Assembly (NCBI GenBank): GCA_963776345.1
Contig: CAVZMH010000002.1
Coordinates: 1 to 64,000, forward strand
Reading direction: 5' to 3'
Origin: an uncultured delta proteobacterium
GTDB taxonomy: Bacteria > Myxococcota > Myxococcia > Myxococcales > Myxococcaceae
DNA length: 64,000 bases
Shown: in pieces, positions 29,606 through 39,548 of the stretch
Numbering within the stretch: the stretch's first letter is position 1
How the letters are laid out: each line of letters begins with the position of its first letter
Program-made: the position numbers and the translations under genes
The notes under the pieces: model-generated
Told to the model about the DNA's origin: nothing
What the model saw: only the letters and a program-made list of their open reading frames with translations
Databases searched by the model: none

Positions 29606-30758
29606 GCGCGCGTGCCTCCTCGAGTGCCTGGAGCGCGCGGTCGATCTGCGCCTCCGTGTGTGCGGCGGAGAGGGCGAACCGGAGCCGGCTCGTGCCCTCG
29701 GGGACGGTGGGGGGGCGGATGGGCTTTGCCAGGAGGCCGCGCTCGCGGAGGAACGCCGAGGCCCGGAGCGCCCGCTCGGGCGTCCCGAGGACCACCGGGA
29801 CGATGGCGCTCCTCGACTCGGCCTCGAGCCCCAGGCAGCGAAGGCCCTCCACGAACCGGCGGATGTTGCGCCAGAGCCGCGGGCGCAGCTCCGGGTCCTG
29901 CTCGAGGAGATCCACGGCGACCACCAGCGCCTCGCAGAGCGCGGGCGGCAAGGTGGTGGAGAAGACCACCGAGCGCGCGCGGTTCACCAGCAGATCCGCC
30001 ACGGCCCGGCTGGTCGCCGCGTACGCGCCGAATCCCCCCAGCGCCTTGCCCAGGGTGCCCATCCGGACATCGGGTCGAACGCCGGTGGCCTCGCACAGAC
30101 CCGAGCCGCGCGCGCCGAGCACTCCCGTCGCGTGCGCCTCGTCCACCAGCAGGGCCGCCCCCGCGTGGGCACAGACCTCGGCGAGCGCGGGGAGCGGGGC
30201 CAGGTCCCCGTCCATCGAGAACACCGCGTCGGTCACCACGAGCTTGCGGCGGAAGCCGTCCCCGGCGAGGGCGCGGGCGAACGCGTCGACGTCGGCGTGC
30301 GGGACGACGGCGACCTCGGCGCGGCTCAGCCGGCAGCCGTCGACGAGGCTGGCGTGGTCGAGCGCGTCGGAGACCACCAGATCGCCCCGGCCGACCAGCG
30401 CCTGGACCAGCCCGAGGTTCGCCGGGTAGCCGCCGTTGAAGAGCAGCACCGCCTCGGTGCCCTCGAAGGCGGCCAGCCGCGCCTCGAGCCGCCGGTGCGC
30501 CTCGGTGTCGCCGACCACCAGGCGCGAGGCGCCGGCGCCCACGCCCCAGCGCTCGAGCCCGACGGCGAACGCGCGGGCGATGCGCGGGTCGGCGGCGAGC
30601 CCCAGGTAGTCGTTGGAGGAGAAGTTGACCAGCGACTGCCCGCCGATGCGGATCACCGGCCCCTGCGGAGAGGCGAGCGGCTCGAGGCTGCGGAGGAGCC
30701 CGCGGCGGCCCAGCTCGGCCAGCTCCTCGTGGGCCCAGGCGTCGGCGACGGAGCTCAC
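29586..30758 (-). CDS. bioF: 8-amino-7-oxononanoate synthase
   Basis: [39 protein letters not shown]. The GTG start overlaps the bioB stop. Confidence 0.95.
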   Translation of the reverse strand: MSSVADAWAHEELAELGRRGLLRSLEPLASPQGPVIRIGGQSLVNFSSNDYLGLAADPRIARAFAVGLERWGVGAGASRLVVGDTEAHRRLEARLAAFEGTEAVLLFNGGYPANLGLVQALVGRGDLVVSDALDHASLVDGCRLSRAEVAVVPHADVDAFARALAGDGFRRKLVVTDAVFSMDGDLAPLPALAEVCAHAGAALLVDEAHATGVLGARGSGLCEATGVRPDVRMGTLGKALGGFGAYAATSRAVADLLVNRARSVVFSTTLPPALCEALVVAVDLLEQDPELRPRLWRNIRRFVEGLRCLGLEAESRSAIVPVVLGTPERALRASAFLRERGLLAKPIRPPTVPEGTSRLRFALSAAHTEAQIDRALQALEEARAHGLVAA

Positions 30759-31757
30759 GGTCCGCTGGGGGTGTCGGCCCTGGGCTCGAGCGGCTTCAGG
30801 CCCGCGCCCTCGAGCAGCGCCATGTCCGAGGCGTACTCGGGGTTGCCGGTGGTGAGCAGCTTCTCGCCGAAGAAGAGCGAGTTCGCCCCGGCCATCATGC
30901 ACAAGAGCTGGGCCTCCTGGCTCATCTGCATCCGGCCCGCGGAGAGGCGCACCATCGCCTGCGGCATCAGGATGCGGGCGGTGGCGATGGCGCGCACCAT
31001 CTCCACCGGGGACACCGGGGTCTGCTTCTCCAGCGGGGTCCCGGGCACGGCGACCAGCGCGTTGATCGGCACCGACTCGGGGTGGACCTCCTGGTTGGCG
31101 AGCGTCCGGAGCAGCTCGCACCGGTCGTCCAGCGACTCGCCGAGCCCGAGGATTCCGCCCGAGCACACGCCGATGCCCGCCTGCGCGCACCGCGGCCAGC
31201 GTGCGGAGCCGGTCCTGGTAGTCGCGGGTGCTGATGATCTCCCCGTAGAACTCGGGGCTGGTGTCCAGGTTGTGGTTGTAGGCCGAGAGCCCGGCCTCCT
31301 TGAGCCGGCGCGCCTGCTCGGGCGTGAGCATCCCCAGCGTCACGCAGGCCTCCATCCCCAGCCCGCGCACCCCGCGCACCATCGCCAGGACGCGGTCGAA
31401 CTGGGGGCCGTCCTTCACCTCGCGCCAGGCGGCGCCCATGCAGAACCGGGTCGCTCCGGCCGCGCGCGCCTGGCGGGCCGCCTCCAGCACGTCCCCGGTC
31501 TCCATCAGCCGCTCGGCCTTGACCCCGGTGTCGTACCGCGCCGACTGCGGGCAGTACGCGCAGTCCTCGGGGCAGCCGCCGGTCTTGATGGAGAGCAGGC
31601 TGCAGAGCTGCACCTTCGGGTCGCCGAAGATGGCCCGGTGCACGGTCTGGGCGCGGTAGACGAGCTCCAGCAGCGGGAGGTCGTGGATGGTCCGCACCTC
31701 GGGGAGGGTCCAGTCGTGACGGACCACCACCTCGGGGATGGACGAGACGCTCGGCAC
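30755..31757 (-). CDS. bioB: Biotin synthase (single-base frameshift near 31185)
   Basis: [15 protein letters not shown] and YNHNLDTS. It continues in another frame as [35 protein letters not shown] precedes the GTG. Confidence 0.93.
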
Positions 31758-31811
31758 GAATGAACCTCCTGGCTCCTGGTGTCGAGGGGCACGCTCGACG
31801 GGCTGGGCGGC

Positions 31812-31845
31812 ATTGTCAACCTGGAAGCGGCGGCGGGTTGACGAT
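31812..31845. promoter_or_regulatory. BirA (biotin repressor) operator
   Basis: ATTGTCAACC-N14-GGTTGACGAT inverted repeat (1 mismatch) 55 nt upstream of bioB, matching the BirA palindrome architecture. Confidence 0.85.
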
Positions 31846-31944
31846 GTGTTCCGTCGAGCGGGGCTCCCGGTTGTGCTCCCGCCAGGGCCCGCCGGGGCGT
31901 TAGAGCAGCGGGCGGCTTGGGAACGCCGTTCCGGAGGCTCCGTG

Positions 31945-33453
31945 ATGATCGCTGCCCTCGTCGCCCTGTCGCTCGCTGCCACGCCAGGCGGGACGGTGTG
32001 GTCCGAGCTGCAGTCTCGCTGGCGGCCCCGGCTCGAGCCGCTGCTCTCCGAGGTGCTGCGGTTCCCCACGGTGCACGGGAGCCAGGAGGCGCTCGCGGCG
32101 CAGCGGGCCTGGCTCGCGCGGGTGGCCCCGGAGCTGGGGCTGGTGGTTCATGACCGCGAGACGATGACCGAGATCGATCTCCCCGGTCCCGAGGGTGCCC
32201 CGGTGCTGGGGCTGGTGGTCCATGGAGACCTGCAGCCGGTGAACGCCTCCGAGTGGACCGTCCCGCCCTTCTCCGGGACGGTGAAGGACGGCGTGGTGTG
32301 GGGCCGCGGCGCCGCGGACGACAAGGGGCCGCTGGTGCAGGCGCTGCTGGCGATGGCGGCGCTGAAGAGCTCGGGGCTGGCGCGGACCTACACCGTGCGG
32401 CTCCTGGTGGGCACCGACGAGGAGGGAGGCGCCTCCGACCTGGAGGAGTACAAGAAGCGCTACCCGCTGCCGGACGTGAGCCTGGTGCTGGACAGCGACT
32501 TCCCGGTGGTGGCGGGGGAGAAGGCTTGGGCGGAGTGGATCGTCACCGCGGACGAGCGGCCCGCGGCGGCGGAGGGGCCGGTGGAGGTGGTCGACCTCGC
32601 GGCGGGGCAGGCGGTGAGCATCGTTCCGGACCGGGCCACGCTCACCCTCCGGTGGCGCTCGGGCACGCCGGACTGGGAGCGCTGGCTCGCCCCGGTGCGC
32701 GCGGCGCGGTTGCCGCGGGACACGTCGCTGGAGATCTCCGGTACGGGCGCCGAGCGGACCCTGGTCGCGCACGGCCGGGCGGCGCACGCCGGGGTGGGGC
32801 TGGTGCGGGGGCGCAACGCGCTGGTCGCCCTGGGGGTGGCGGTGCACGGGCGGCTTCCCCCGAGCGCGGCGGCAGATCTCCTGGAGTACACCCGGGTGGC
32901 CGGCGCGGACACGCGGGGGCGCGGGCTGGGGCTGACCTTGAACGATCCGCTCTGGGGAGCGGTGGACACCAACTTCGGGATGATCCAGCGCGACGAGAAG
33001 GGCGGGCTCGCGCTGCACGTGAACCTGCGCTCCCCGCCGGCGCTCTGGGGTGAGGCCTTGAAGGCGCGGGTGGACGCGCACGCCCAGGCGTTCGCGACGC
33101 GGAGGGGCGCGCGGTTCGAGACCGGAGGTGAGTTCGGGTACGAGCCGTTCGTCGTCCCGGCGAGCGCGCCGCTGGTGCAGCGGCTGCTCGGGGCGTACGC
33201 GCGCGGCGCCGGCCGGCCGGGGAAGCCGGTGGTGAGCGCGGGCGGGACGTACGCGCGGCGGATGACGAACGCCATCGCCTTCGGGATGTGGTTCCGGGAG
33301 GACGGCGTGTACCCGGGCCACAACTCGGACGAGCGCGTGGAGATCCGCTCGCTCGAGCGCGGGCTCCACGTCCTGGCCGAGGCCCTGGGCGACCTGGCCA
33401 CCGGTCCAAGGCTGGAGCACCCCCTCGAGGCAGCCGCGCCCGCTCGACCCTGA
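31945..33453 (+). CDS. M20 family dipeptidase (PepV/Sapep-like), signal peptide
   Basis: [36 protein letters not shown]. Confidence 0.88.
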   Translation: MIAALVALSLAATPGGTVWSELQSRWRPRLEPLLSEVLRFPTVHGSQEALAAQRAWLARVAPELGLVVHDRETMTEIDLPGPEGAPVLGLVVHGDLQPVNASEWTVPPFSGTVKDGVVWGRGAADDKGPLVQALLAMAALKSSGLARTYTVRLLVGTDEEGGASDLEEYKKRYPLPDVSLVLDSDFPVVAGEKAWAEWIVTADERPAAAEGPVEVVDLAAGQAVSIVPDRATLTLRWRSGTPDWERWLAPVRAARLPRDTSLEISGTGAERTLVAHGRAAHAGVGLVRGRNALVALGVAVHGRLPPSAAADLLEYTRVAGADTRGRGLGLTLNDPLWGAVDTNFGMIQRDEKGGLALHVNLRSPPALWGEALKARVDAHAQAFATRRGARFETGGEFGYEPFVVPASAPLVQRLLGAYARGAGRPGKPVVSAGGTYARRMTNAIAFGMWFREDGVYPGHNSDERVEIRSLERGLHVLAEALGDLATGPRLEHPLEAAAPARP

Positions 33454-33480
33454 ACGCACGGGTCCAGAGGACGGCACGCC

Positions 33481-33972
33481 TCACTCGCAGGTGAGCTTCG
33501 TCCGTGCGTTCACCTCCGCCCCCCAGCGGATGCAGGTCCGGACGCCGCTCTGGCTCCCCTCGAACTCCCGGCAGGGCCGGAGCCGGTAGACGAGAAGCGT
33601 CGGCTTTCCGTTGCTACCGATCACCTGCACCGGTGGCGGCGTGCCGGTCGCGTCCAGCCGCACGAAGGCACCTCCGGCATCCGGGGAGAAGACGCCGCGG
33701 AACGTCCAGGGCACTCCCCCCGTGGTTCCCTCGAACAGCCAGGCGCCTCGATCGGGGCGCACGTGCGTCCACGCCGGATCCGTCGGCCAGACGAACTCGC
33801 GCCAGGTGTACCGGCTGGGCTTCTCGTCGACGGTGCCGTCGGGGTTCATGGCCACGAACGGCACCGGCGCCGCGCCGATGTTCGTGCCGTCGAAGATGCA
33901 GTACTGCGGTCCGCGCTGGCAGGCAGTGAGGAGCTGAGCGAGGGAGATCGCGGCGAGCAAGGAACGGCGCAC
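33481..33972 (-). CDS. Hypothetical lipoprotein
   Basis: MRRSLLAAISLAQLLTAC lipobox. Confidence 0.6.
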   Translation of the reverse strand: MRRSLLAAISLAQLLTACQRGPQYCIFDGTNIGAAPVPFVAMNPDGTVDEKPSRYTWREFVWPTDPAWTHVRPDRGAWLFEGTTGGVPWTFRGVFSPDAGGAFVRLDATGTPPPVQVIGSNGKPTLLVYRLRPCREFEGSQSGVRTCIRWGAEVNARTKLTCE

Positions 33973-34090
33973 GGACGCCGGTCTCGCAGCCGGGCGCCGC
34001 GCCGGTCAAGCGTTCAGGACCTGGCGGCCGCGCCTCGAGGTGGGATGAGGCGGTCGAGGTCGCGGCAGTCGCGGCGATGGGGAAGGGCAC

Positions 34091-34942
34091 CTACGTCGCC
34101 GCGCGGCGACTGCCGTGGCGCATCGAGTATACGTGGGTGAACTCCGCCCCGAGGTACAGGAGCATCGCGGAGTAGTGGACCCAGAGCAGCAGGATCACGA
34201 CCGAGCCTGCCGCTCCGTAGCTCGACGCCACGCTCACCTTCCCCAGATAGAAGCCGATCGCCAGCTTTCCGATGGTGAAGAGCAGGGAGGTGACCAGCGC
34301 GCCGAGCCACACGTCCCGCCAGGCCACCTCGGTGTCGGGGAGGACCTTGTAGATCATCGCGAACAGCCCGGTGGCCACCACCAGGCTCACCAGGGTGTTG
34401 AGGGCCTCGCCCACCGCGGCGCCGCCCGGGAGAAGGGCGCTCAGGTACCCGCCCAGCGCCGCGAGGATCAGCGCGACCAGCAGGAGGAACCCGATCCCCA
34501 GCACCATGCTGAAGGAGAGGAAGCGCACCCGGAGGAAGTCGACGATGCCTTTCGTGGTCGGCGGCTTCGCCTCCCAGATGATGTTCATCGCGCCCTGCAG
34601 CTGGGCGAAGACGCCGCTCGCCGCGAAGAGCAAGGTGGCCAGGCCCACGATGGTGGCGACGATGCCTCTGGACCTCTGCTGGTTCAGGTTGGCGACCAGC
34701 CGCTGGACCGCCCTGGCGCTCGCCTCGCCCATCATGCCCGCGAGGTGCGTGTAGAGCAGGCCTTCCGCCGCCTGCCGGCCGAAGACCAGGCCGGCGACGG
34801 CGGCGGCGATGAGCACCAGCGGCGCGAGCGAGAACAGCGCGTAGTACGCCAGCGCCGCGGCGAGCGTGCTGGCCCTGTTCTCGGTCCAGCGCTTCAACGT
34901 CTCCTTGCCCAGCGTGACCAACGTTCCGAGCGCGCCTGCCAT
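34091..34942 (-). CDS. YihY/virulence factor BrkB family membrane protein
   Basis: AAALAYYALFSLAPL, SSYGAAGSVVILLLWV..GAE. Confidence 0.9.
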   Translation of the reverse strand: MAGALGTLVTLGKETLKRWTENRASTLAAALAYYALFSLAPLVLIAAAVAGLVFGRQAAEGLLYTHLAGMMGEASARAVQRLVANLNQQRSRGIVATIVGLATLLFAASGVFAQLQGAMNIIWEAKPPTTKGIVDFLRVRFLSFSMVLGIGFLLLVALILAALGGYLSALLPGGAAVGEALNTLVSLVVATGLFAMIYKVLPDTEVAWRDVWLGALVTSLLFTIGKLAIGFYLGKVSVASSYGAAGSVVILLLWVHYSAMLLYLGAEFTHVYSMRHGSRRAAT

Positions 34943-35077
34943 CGCGCGAATGCTACTCGAAGGCCTGGAGGGCGCACCGGCACTCGTCCATCGAGCGAAT
35001 CGTGCGCGGACGGCCCGCCGCTTGCTTCGTCCGGTCCGTCCGGCTGTCAGCAGCACCGGGCATTGTGGGGGACTTCC

Positions 35078-36439
35078 ATGGCCAAGCCGCGCACCCATTT
35101 CACCTGTCAGGCCTGCGGGTTCCAGGCCGCGAAGTGGCTGGGCCGCTGCCCGGATTGCAGCGGCTGGAACACGCTGGTCGAGGAGGCGGCGCCGGCGGAG
35201 GACCGCCGGCCGGCGTGGGGTGCCTCGGGTGGATCGGCCCGGCCGGTGAAGCTGGTCGACGTCGAGGGCGAGGCGGAGGAGCGACGGCGCACCGGCATCG
35301 GCGAGCTGGACCGCGTGCTCGGAGGCGGCGTGGTCCCGGGGTCGCTGGTGCTCCTGGGCGGCGACCCGGGAATCGGGAAGTCCACGCTCCTCCTCTCGGC
35401 GGTCGAGCGGCTGGCGGCCTCGGGTCCGGTGCTCTACGTGTCGGGCGAGGAGTCGCTGCGGCAGACGAAGATGCGGGCGGACCGGCTCGGCGTCCGCTCG
35501 AGCGCAGTGCACCTGTTCGCCGAGACGGACGCCGAGAAGGTCCTCGTCGCGGCCGAGTCGCTCCGCCCCGTGGCTCTGGTGGTCGACTCGATCCAGACCA
35601 TGTTCCTCGCCGAGCTGGGGAGCGCGCCCGGCACGCTCAGCCAGGTGCGCGAGGTGGCGGGCCGGCTGATGGCGCACGCCAAGCGCTCGGGCGTGCCGAC
35701 GTTCCTCGTGGGGCACGTGACGAAGGACGGGAGCATCGCGGGCCCCCGGGTCCTCGAGCACATGGTGGACACCGTCCTCTACTTCGAAGGCGAGCGCGGG
35801 CACCCGTTCCGCATCCTCCGGGCGCACAAGAACCGGTTCGGATCGACCAACGAGATCGGCGTGTTCGAGATGAAGGGCTCGGGTCTGGAGGAGGTCTCGG
35901 ACCCCTCGGCCCTGTTCCTGGCCGAGCGCCCCGCGGGGAAGCCCGGCTCGGCGGTGACGGCCACGCTCTCCGGCACCCGACCGCTCCTGGTGGAGGTGCA
36001 GGCGCTGGTCGCGCCGACGGGGTACGGGACGGCGAGGCGCACGGCGATCGGCGTCGACGGGAACCGGGTGGCGCTGCTCGCGGCGGTGCTGGAAAAGAAG
36101 GAGGACGTCCAGCTCACGGGCTGCGACACCTTCGTGAACGTCGCGGGCGGAATGACGCTCTCCGAGCCGGCGTCGGACCTGGCGGTGTGCGCGGCGCTGG
36201 TCTCGTCTCTCCGCAACGTCGCCATGCCGCAGGACGTCCTGGTCCTCGGCGAGGTCGGGCTGGCGGGCGAGGTGCGGGCGGTCGCGCAGATCGAGCCGCG
36301 GCTCGCCGAGGCCGGGAAGATGGGCTTCGGCCGCGCGGTGCTGCCGAAGGGGAGCGCACGGCGGGTGGAGTCGCGCGGTGTGAAGCTGCTCCCGGTCGAG
36401 ACGCTCGGCGAGGCGCTCGAGGTCCTGTTCCCGCGCTGA
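35078..36439 (+). CDS. radA: DNA repair protein RadA/Sms
   Basis: CQACG..KWLGRCPDC zinc finger, GGDPGIGKST, KNRFG. Confidence 0.97.
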   Translation: MAKPRTHFTCQACGFQAAKWLGRCPDCSGWNTLVEEAAPAEDRRPAWGASGGSARPVKLVDVEGEAEERRRTGIGELDRVLGGGVVPGSLVLLGGDPGIGKSTLLLSAVERLAASGPVLYVSGEESLRQTKMRADRLGVRSSAVHLFAETDAEKVLVAAESLRPVALVVDSIQTMFLAELGSAPGTLSQVREVAGRLMAHAKRSGVPTFLVGHVTKDGSIAGPRVLEHMVDTVLYFEGERGHPFRILRAHKNRFGSTNEIGVFEMKGSGLEEVSDPSALFLAERPAGKPGSAVTATLSGTRPLLVEVQALVAPTGYGTARRTAIGVDGNRVALLAAVLEKKEDVQLTGCDTFVNVAGGMTLSEPASDLAVCAALVSSLRNVAMPQDVLVLGEVGLAGEVRAVAQIEPRLAEAGKMGFGRAVLPKGSARRVESRGVKLLPVETLGEALEVLFPR

Positions 36440-36454
36440 GCCGGCAGGCCTCGG

Positions 36455-36817
36455 CTAGGCCGACGGGTCCGGGATGGCGCGGCGGATGGCGTCGGCGAGC
36501 GCGTCGGTCTCGCTGAAGGGCATCCCGAAGAAGCGCTCGAAGAGCTCGGCCTCGAGGTCCTCTCGCCAGGTGGGCTCGGCCGGGTCAATCTCGATCCCGA
36601 CCATCGAGGCGGCCCGGACCGCGAGCTCGGGGCGCCGGCGCTGTGCGAGGACCTGGATCATGGCGCGCGGATACTGCGTCGCTCGCCAGGCGGTGCGGAC
36701 GTCGTGCACGTCCACCGGCTTCCCGTCACGGAGCTTCCGCTCGAGCTGGACGAGCGGGTCCTCCGCCTCGCGCTCGGCTGCGGCATCGGCCCGGTCCTGT
36801 GGGTCACGGCGTGACAC
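36455..36817 (-). CDS. Hypothetical protein
   Basis: Compact helical ORF with coding-like codons; the start is uncertain (36829 or 36817). Confidence 0.55.
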   Translation of the reverse strand: MSRRDPQDRADAAAEREAEDPLVQLERKLRDGKPVDVHDVRTAWRATQYPRAMIQVLAQRRRPELAVRAASMVGIEIDPAEPTWREDLEAELFERFFGMPFSETDALADAIRRAIPDPSA

Positions 36818-36980
36818 GTCGGGGAGCATACCGGGAGCCCGGGTGGCTCCTGGGAGGGGTCATCACGGCCTGACGGGTCAAGTCAGGGAGGCGACCGTCC
36901 CGGGGCTCGGTCGCACTGTCCACTACGCCGGACGCATGCCCCGCTTGCCGAACTCGAGCTCGGCTCAGTGGAGGCGTCCA

Positions 36981-37172
36981 GCGGAGGTGTCCTCCCGGCG
37001 GGAGGTGTCCCCGGCGGGAGGTGTCCCCGGCGGGAGGTGTCCCCGGCGGGAGGTGTCCCGGCGGGAGGTGTCAGACACCTCGTAATGGACACCTCCTCAG
37101 GGGCGGAGGTGTCCCCCCGCGGGAGGTGTCAGACACCTCGTCGAGGGACACCTCGTCAGGGGACACCTCGTC
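36981..37172. repeat. Array of GAGGTGTC half-sites: tandem 16-bp unit GGCGGGAGGTGTCCCC, two full palindromes, then inverted GGACACCTC units
   Basis: Perfect units at 36997, 37013 and 37029, and a 15-bp unit at 37045. GAGGTGTCAGACACCTC at 37065-37081 and 37123-37139. GGACACCTC at about 37087, 37146 and 37161. Confidence 0.9.
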
Positions 37173-37887
37173 AGGCGCCCGTCTCGGCCCCCTCGGCCTC
37201 CGGAACCTCGGCGCGGAGCCGCCGGCTGGCCGTCCGCAGCCCCCGGGCGGCCAGCCCGCTCGCCAGGGCCCAGGCGAGCCCGACCGACCAGCCGCCCAGC
37301 ACGTCCGTCGGGTAGTGCACCCCGAGGTACAGCCGCGTCAGGCCGATGACGACGGTCAGGATGCCGGCGACCGTGAAGACGTAGACCCGCTCGCGCCACC
37401 GCGTGCAGAGCTGGGCGAGAAGCGTCCCGAGCGTCAGGTAGACGACCGCCGACATCATCGCGTGCCCGCTCGGGAAGCTGGCCGAAGTCTCCAGCAACAG
37501 CGGAGGCACCACGGTCGGCCGCGGACGCTCGAAGGCTCGCTTGAGCGTGAGCATCAGGAGCAGGCCGCCCCCCGAGGCTCCGAGCACCAGCAGCAGATTC
37601 CGCCACAGCCGGGCGAGCGCCAGGAACCCCGCCACGGCCAGCACGACCAGGAGGAGCACCGGGAGGCTCCCCAGGGAGGTCAGATTCCTCGTCGCGCCGG
37701 GCAGCCACGCCGGCCCGACGGGCACCGCCAGGTTGCCTGGAGTCCGGAGCGAGCGCAGCACCCACTCGTCCATCCGCTGCGTCTCGCCCTCCCGCACCTC
37801 GTCCCCGAGCTTCAGGAAGACGAACGCCGCGCCGCACAGCACGAGCAGCACCGCCAGGGGTCGAAGCAGGGTGCGGGTGCGGCCCAT
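37171..37887 (-). CDS. PAP2 family phosphatase
   Basis: K..ERPRP, SFPSGH, TRLYLGVHYPTDVLGG. Confidence 0.92.
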   Translation of the reverse strand: MGRTRTLLRPLAVLLVLCGAAFVFLKLGDEVREGETQRMDEWVLRSLRTPGNLAVPVGPAWLPGATRNLTSLGSLPVLLLVVLAVAGFLALARLWRNLLLVLGASGGGLLLMLTLKRAFERPRPTVVPPLLLETSASFPSGHAMMSAVVYLTLGTLLAQLCTRWRERVYVFTVAGILTVVIGLTRLYLGVHYPTDVLGGWSVGLAWALASGLAARGLRTASRRLRAEVPEAEGAETGA

Positions 37888-37937
37888 GCACCACAGCGTT
37901 CGTCACCGGGCAACGCACGGCAAGGGGAACCGGCGTT

Positions 37938-38744
37938 ATGCCTTCATCGATCATGGACGCACCGGCGCTGTTCATCTCCCACGGCTCTCCCCAGATCGCC
38001 CTCGATCCGGGCGACTTCGGTCCGGCGCTGCACGGCTGGGCATCGGGGGCCCCCAGGCCGCGGGCGCTGCTCGTTGTCTCGGCGCACTTCCAGACCGGCG
38101 GCGGCGCAGCCGTGACCGGGGCCGAGCACCCCGAGACGGTGCACGACTTCAGCGGCTTCGACCCGGCGCTGTACCGGCTCCGCTACCCCGCGCCGGGCAA
38201 CCCGGGGCTGGCCGCGCGCGTCGTGGAGCTCGTCCGGGCCGGCGGCCGCCCGGCGACAGTCGACCCCACCCGAGGGCTCGACCACGGTGCGTGGATTCCC
38301 CTGCGCTTCCTGTTCCCCGAGGCGGACATCCCCGTGGTGCAGCTCTCGCTCCCGGCGGAGGCGGGCTGGGAGGACCTGGTCCAGCTGGGTGCGCAGCTGC
38401 GCCCGCTCCGGGCCGAGGGCGTCTGGGTCGTCGGCAGCGGCGGGCTGGTGCACAACTTCCGGAAGCTCGCGTGGAACGACGCGGACGCCCCCGTGGCGCC
38501 CTGGGCCACGGAGGCAGAGTCACGCTTCGTGGAGCGGGTCCGCACGCGGGACGTGGCCGGCGCGGTGCAGCTGGCCAGCGAGGACGCCGGGATGCGCCTG
38601 GCCGCGCCCACGCCCGAGCACCTCGCCCCCGCCTTCGTCACCCTCGGGGCGTCGACCGACCGGGACGCATTCCAGGACGTCTACCTCGGCTTCCGGCATG
38701 CGACGCTGTCGATGCGGACGTTCGCGTTCACCGCGGCAGCCTGA
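37938..38744 (+). CDS. LigB/DODA-type extradiol dioxygenase (YgiD-like)
   Basis: ISHGSP, VSAH, HDFSGF, RGLDHGAWIPL, GSGGLVHN, PTPEHLAP. Confidence 0.9.
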   Translation: MPSSIMDAPALFISHGSPQIALDPGDFGPALHGWASGAPRPRALLVVSAHFQTGGGAAVTGAEHPETVHDFSGFDPALYRLRYPAPGNPGLAARVVELVRAGGRPATVDPTRGLDHGAWIPLRFLFPEADIPVVQLSLPAEAGWEDLVQLGAQLRPLRAEGVWVVGSGGLVHNFRKLAWNDADAPVAPWATEAESRFVERVRTRDVAGAVQLASEDAGMRLAAPTPEHLAPAFVTLGASTDRDAFQDVYLGFRHATLSMRTFAFTAAA

Positions 38745-38867
38745 GCGGCCCGGCGCACCCGGCGAGGCAGGACGAGGCGCGATGGCCTGTCGCTCGGGGG
38801 GCCAGGGGGTTCCACGACGAGGCGAGGCGGCACGGGCAGCGAAGCTCCGCCCGTCCGCGCCGGAGCC

Positions 38868-39416
38868 TCAGACGCCGAGCACGGCGCGCGCCTTCGACAG
38901 CAGCCGCTTCATCTCCGGCGTCCCGGCCCCGTGGAGCGCCTCGTCGAACTCGAACCACCGCACGCCGCGGCTCTCCGCCGGGTCGACCCGCAGCGCTTCC
39001 GGCTGCTCGGTCAGCACGAGGAACCGGACGTCGAGGTGCAGGTGCGCGGGCTCCGTCCCCTGGCTCGGGATGGGGTGCACGTCCACGTCGAGCGGCCGCG
39101 GCGCCGCCGGGTGGGGAACGACCGGGCACCCGGTCTCCTCCTCCGCCTCCCGCAGCGCGGTGGCGAGCAGGTCCTGCCCGTCGCCCGGCTCGACGTGGCC
39201 ACCGGGCTGGAGCCAGCGCCCCAGCTTCCGGTGATGCACCAGCGCCACCCGCGTCCCGTCGGTCACCACGGCGCTCCCGGTGAAGTGCGCTGCCGGCTGG
39301 CTCCGGGAGAGCGGAGCCGGGAGCAGCCCGAGCTGCGCCTTCATCAGGGCGAGATCGGCCTGCTCCTTGTCATCCGTCGGCACCACGGCGGCGAGCAGCG
39401 CGTCCAGTCGGTCCAT
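38868..39416 (-). CDS. NUDIX hydrolase
   Basis: WLQPGGHVE..ALREAEEETG. Confidence 0.9.
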   Translation of the reverse strand: MDRLDALLAAVVPTDDKEQADLALMKAQLGLLPAPLSRSQPAAHFTGSAVVTDGTRVALVHHRKLGRWLQPGGHVEPGDGQDLLATALREAEEETGCPVVPHPAAPRPLDVDVHPIPSQGTEPAHLHLDVRFLVLTEQPEALRVDPAESRGVRWFEFDEALHGAGTPEMKRLLSKARAVLGV

Positions 39417-39548
39417 GGCGGCGGGCCGATGCTCCCACGGTTCACGCCACCGCGCATGGGCCCCGTGGCGCGGACATCGGTCCTGGTCCCGGCAGGGTGC
39501 CGGGCGACGAGCTCCGCCGGGGCCTTCACCCGGAGCCGGGCCGCGTTC

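Noticed and set aside
29586..32069. Genuine BioB-BioF fusion protein
   Set aside because: It results from a frameshift. The true BioB C-terminus is intact in another frame and bioF has its own overlapping start.
36981..37172. CRISPR array
   Set aside because: Units are 15-16 bp, directly abutting with no unique spacers, and no cas genes are in the window.
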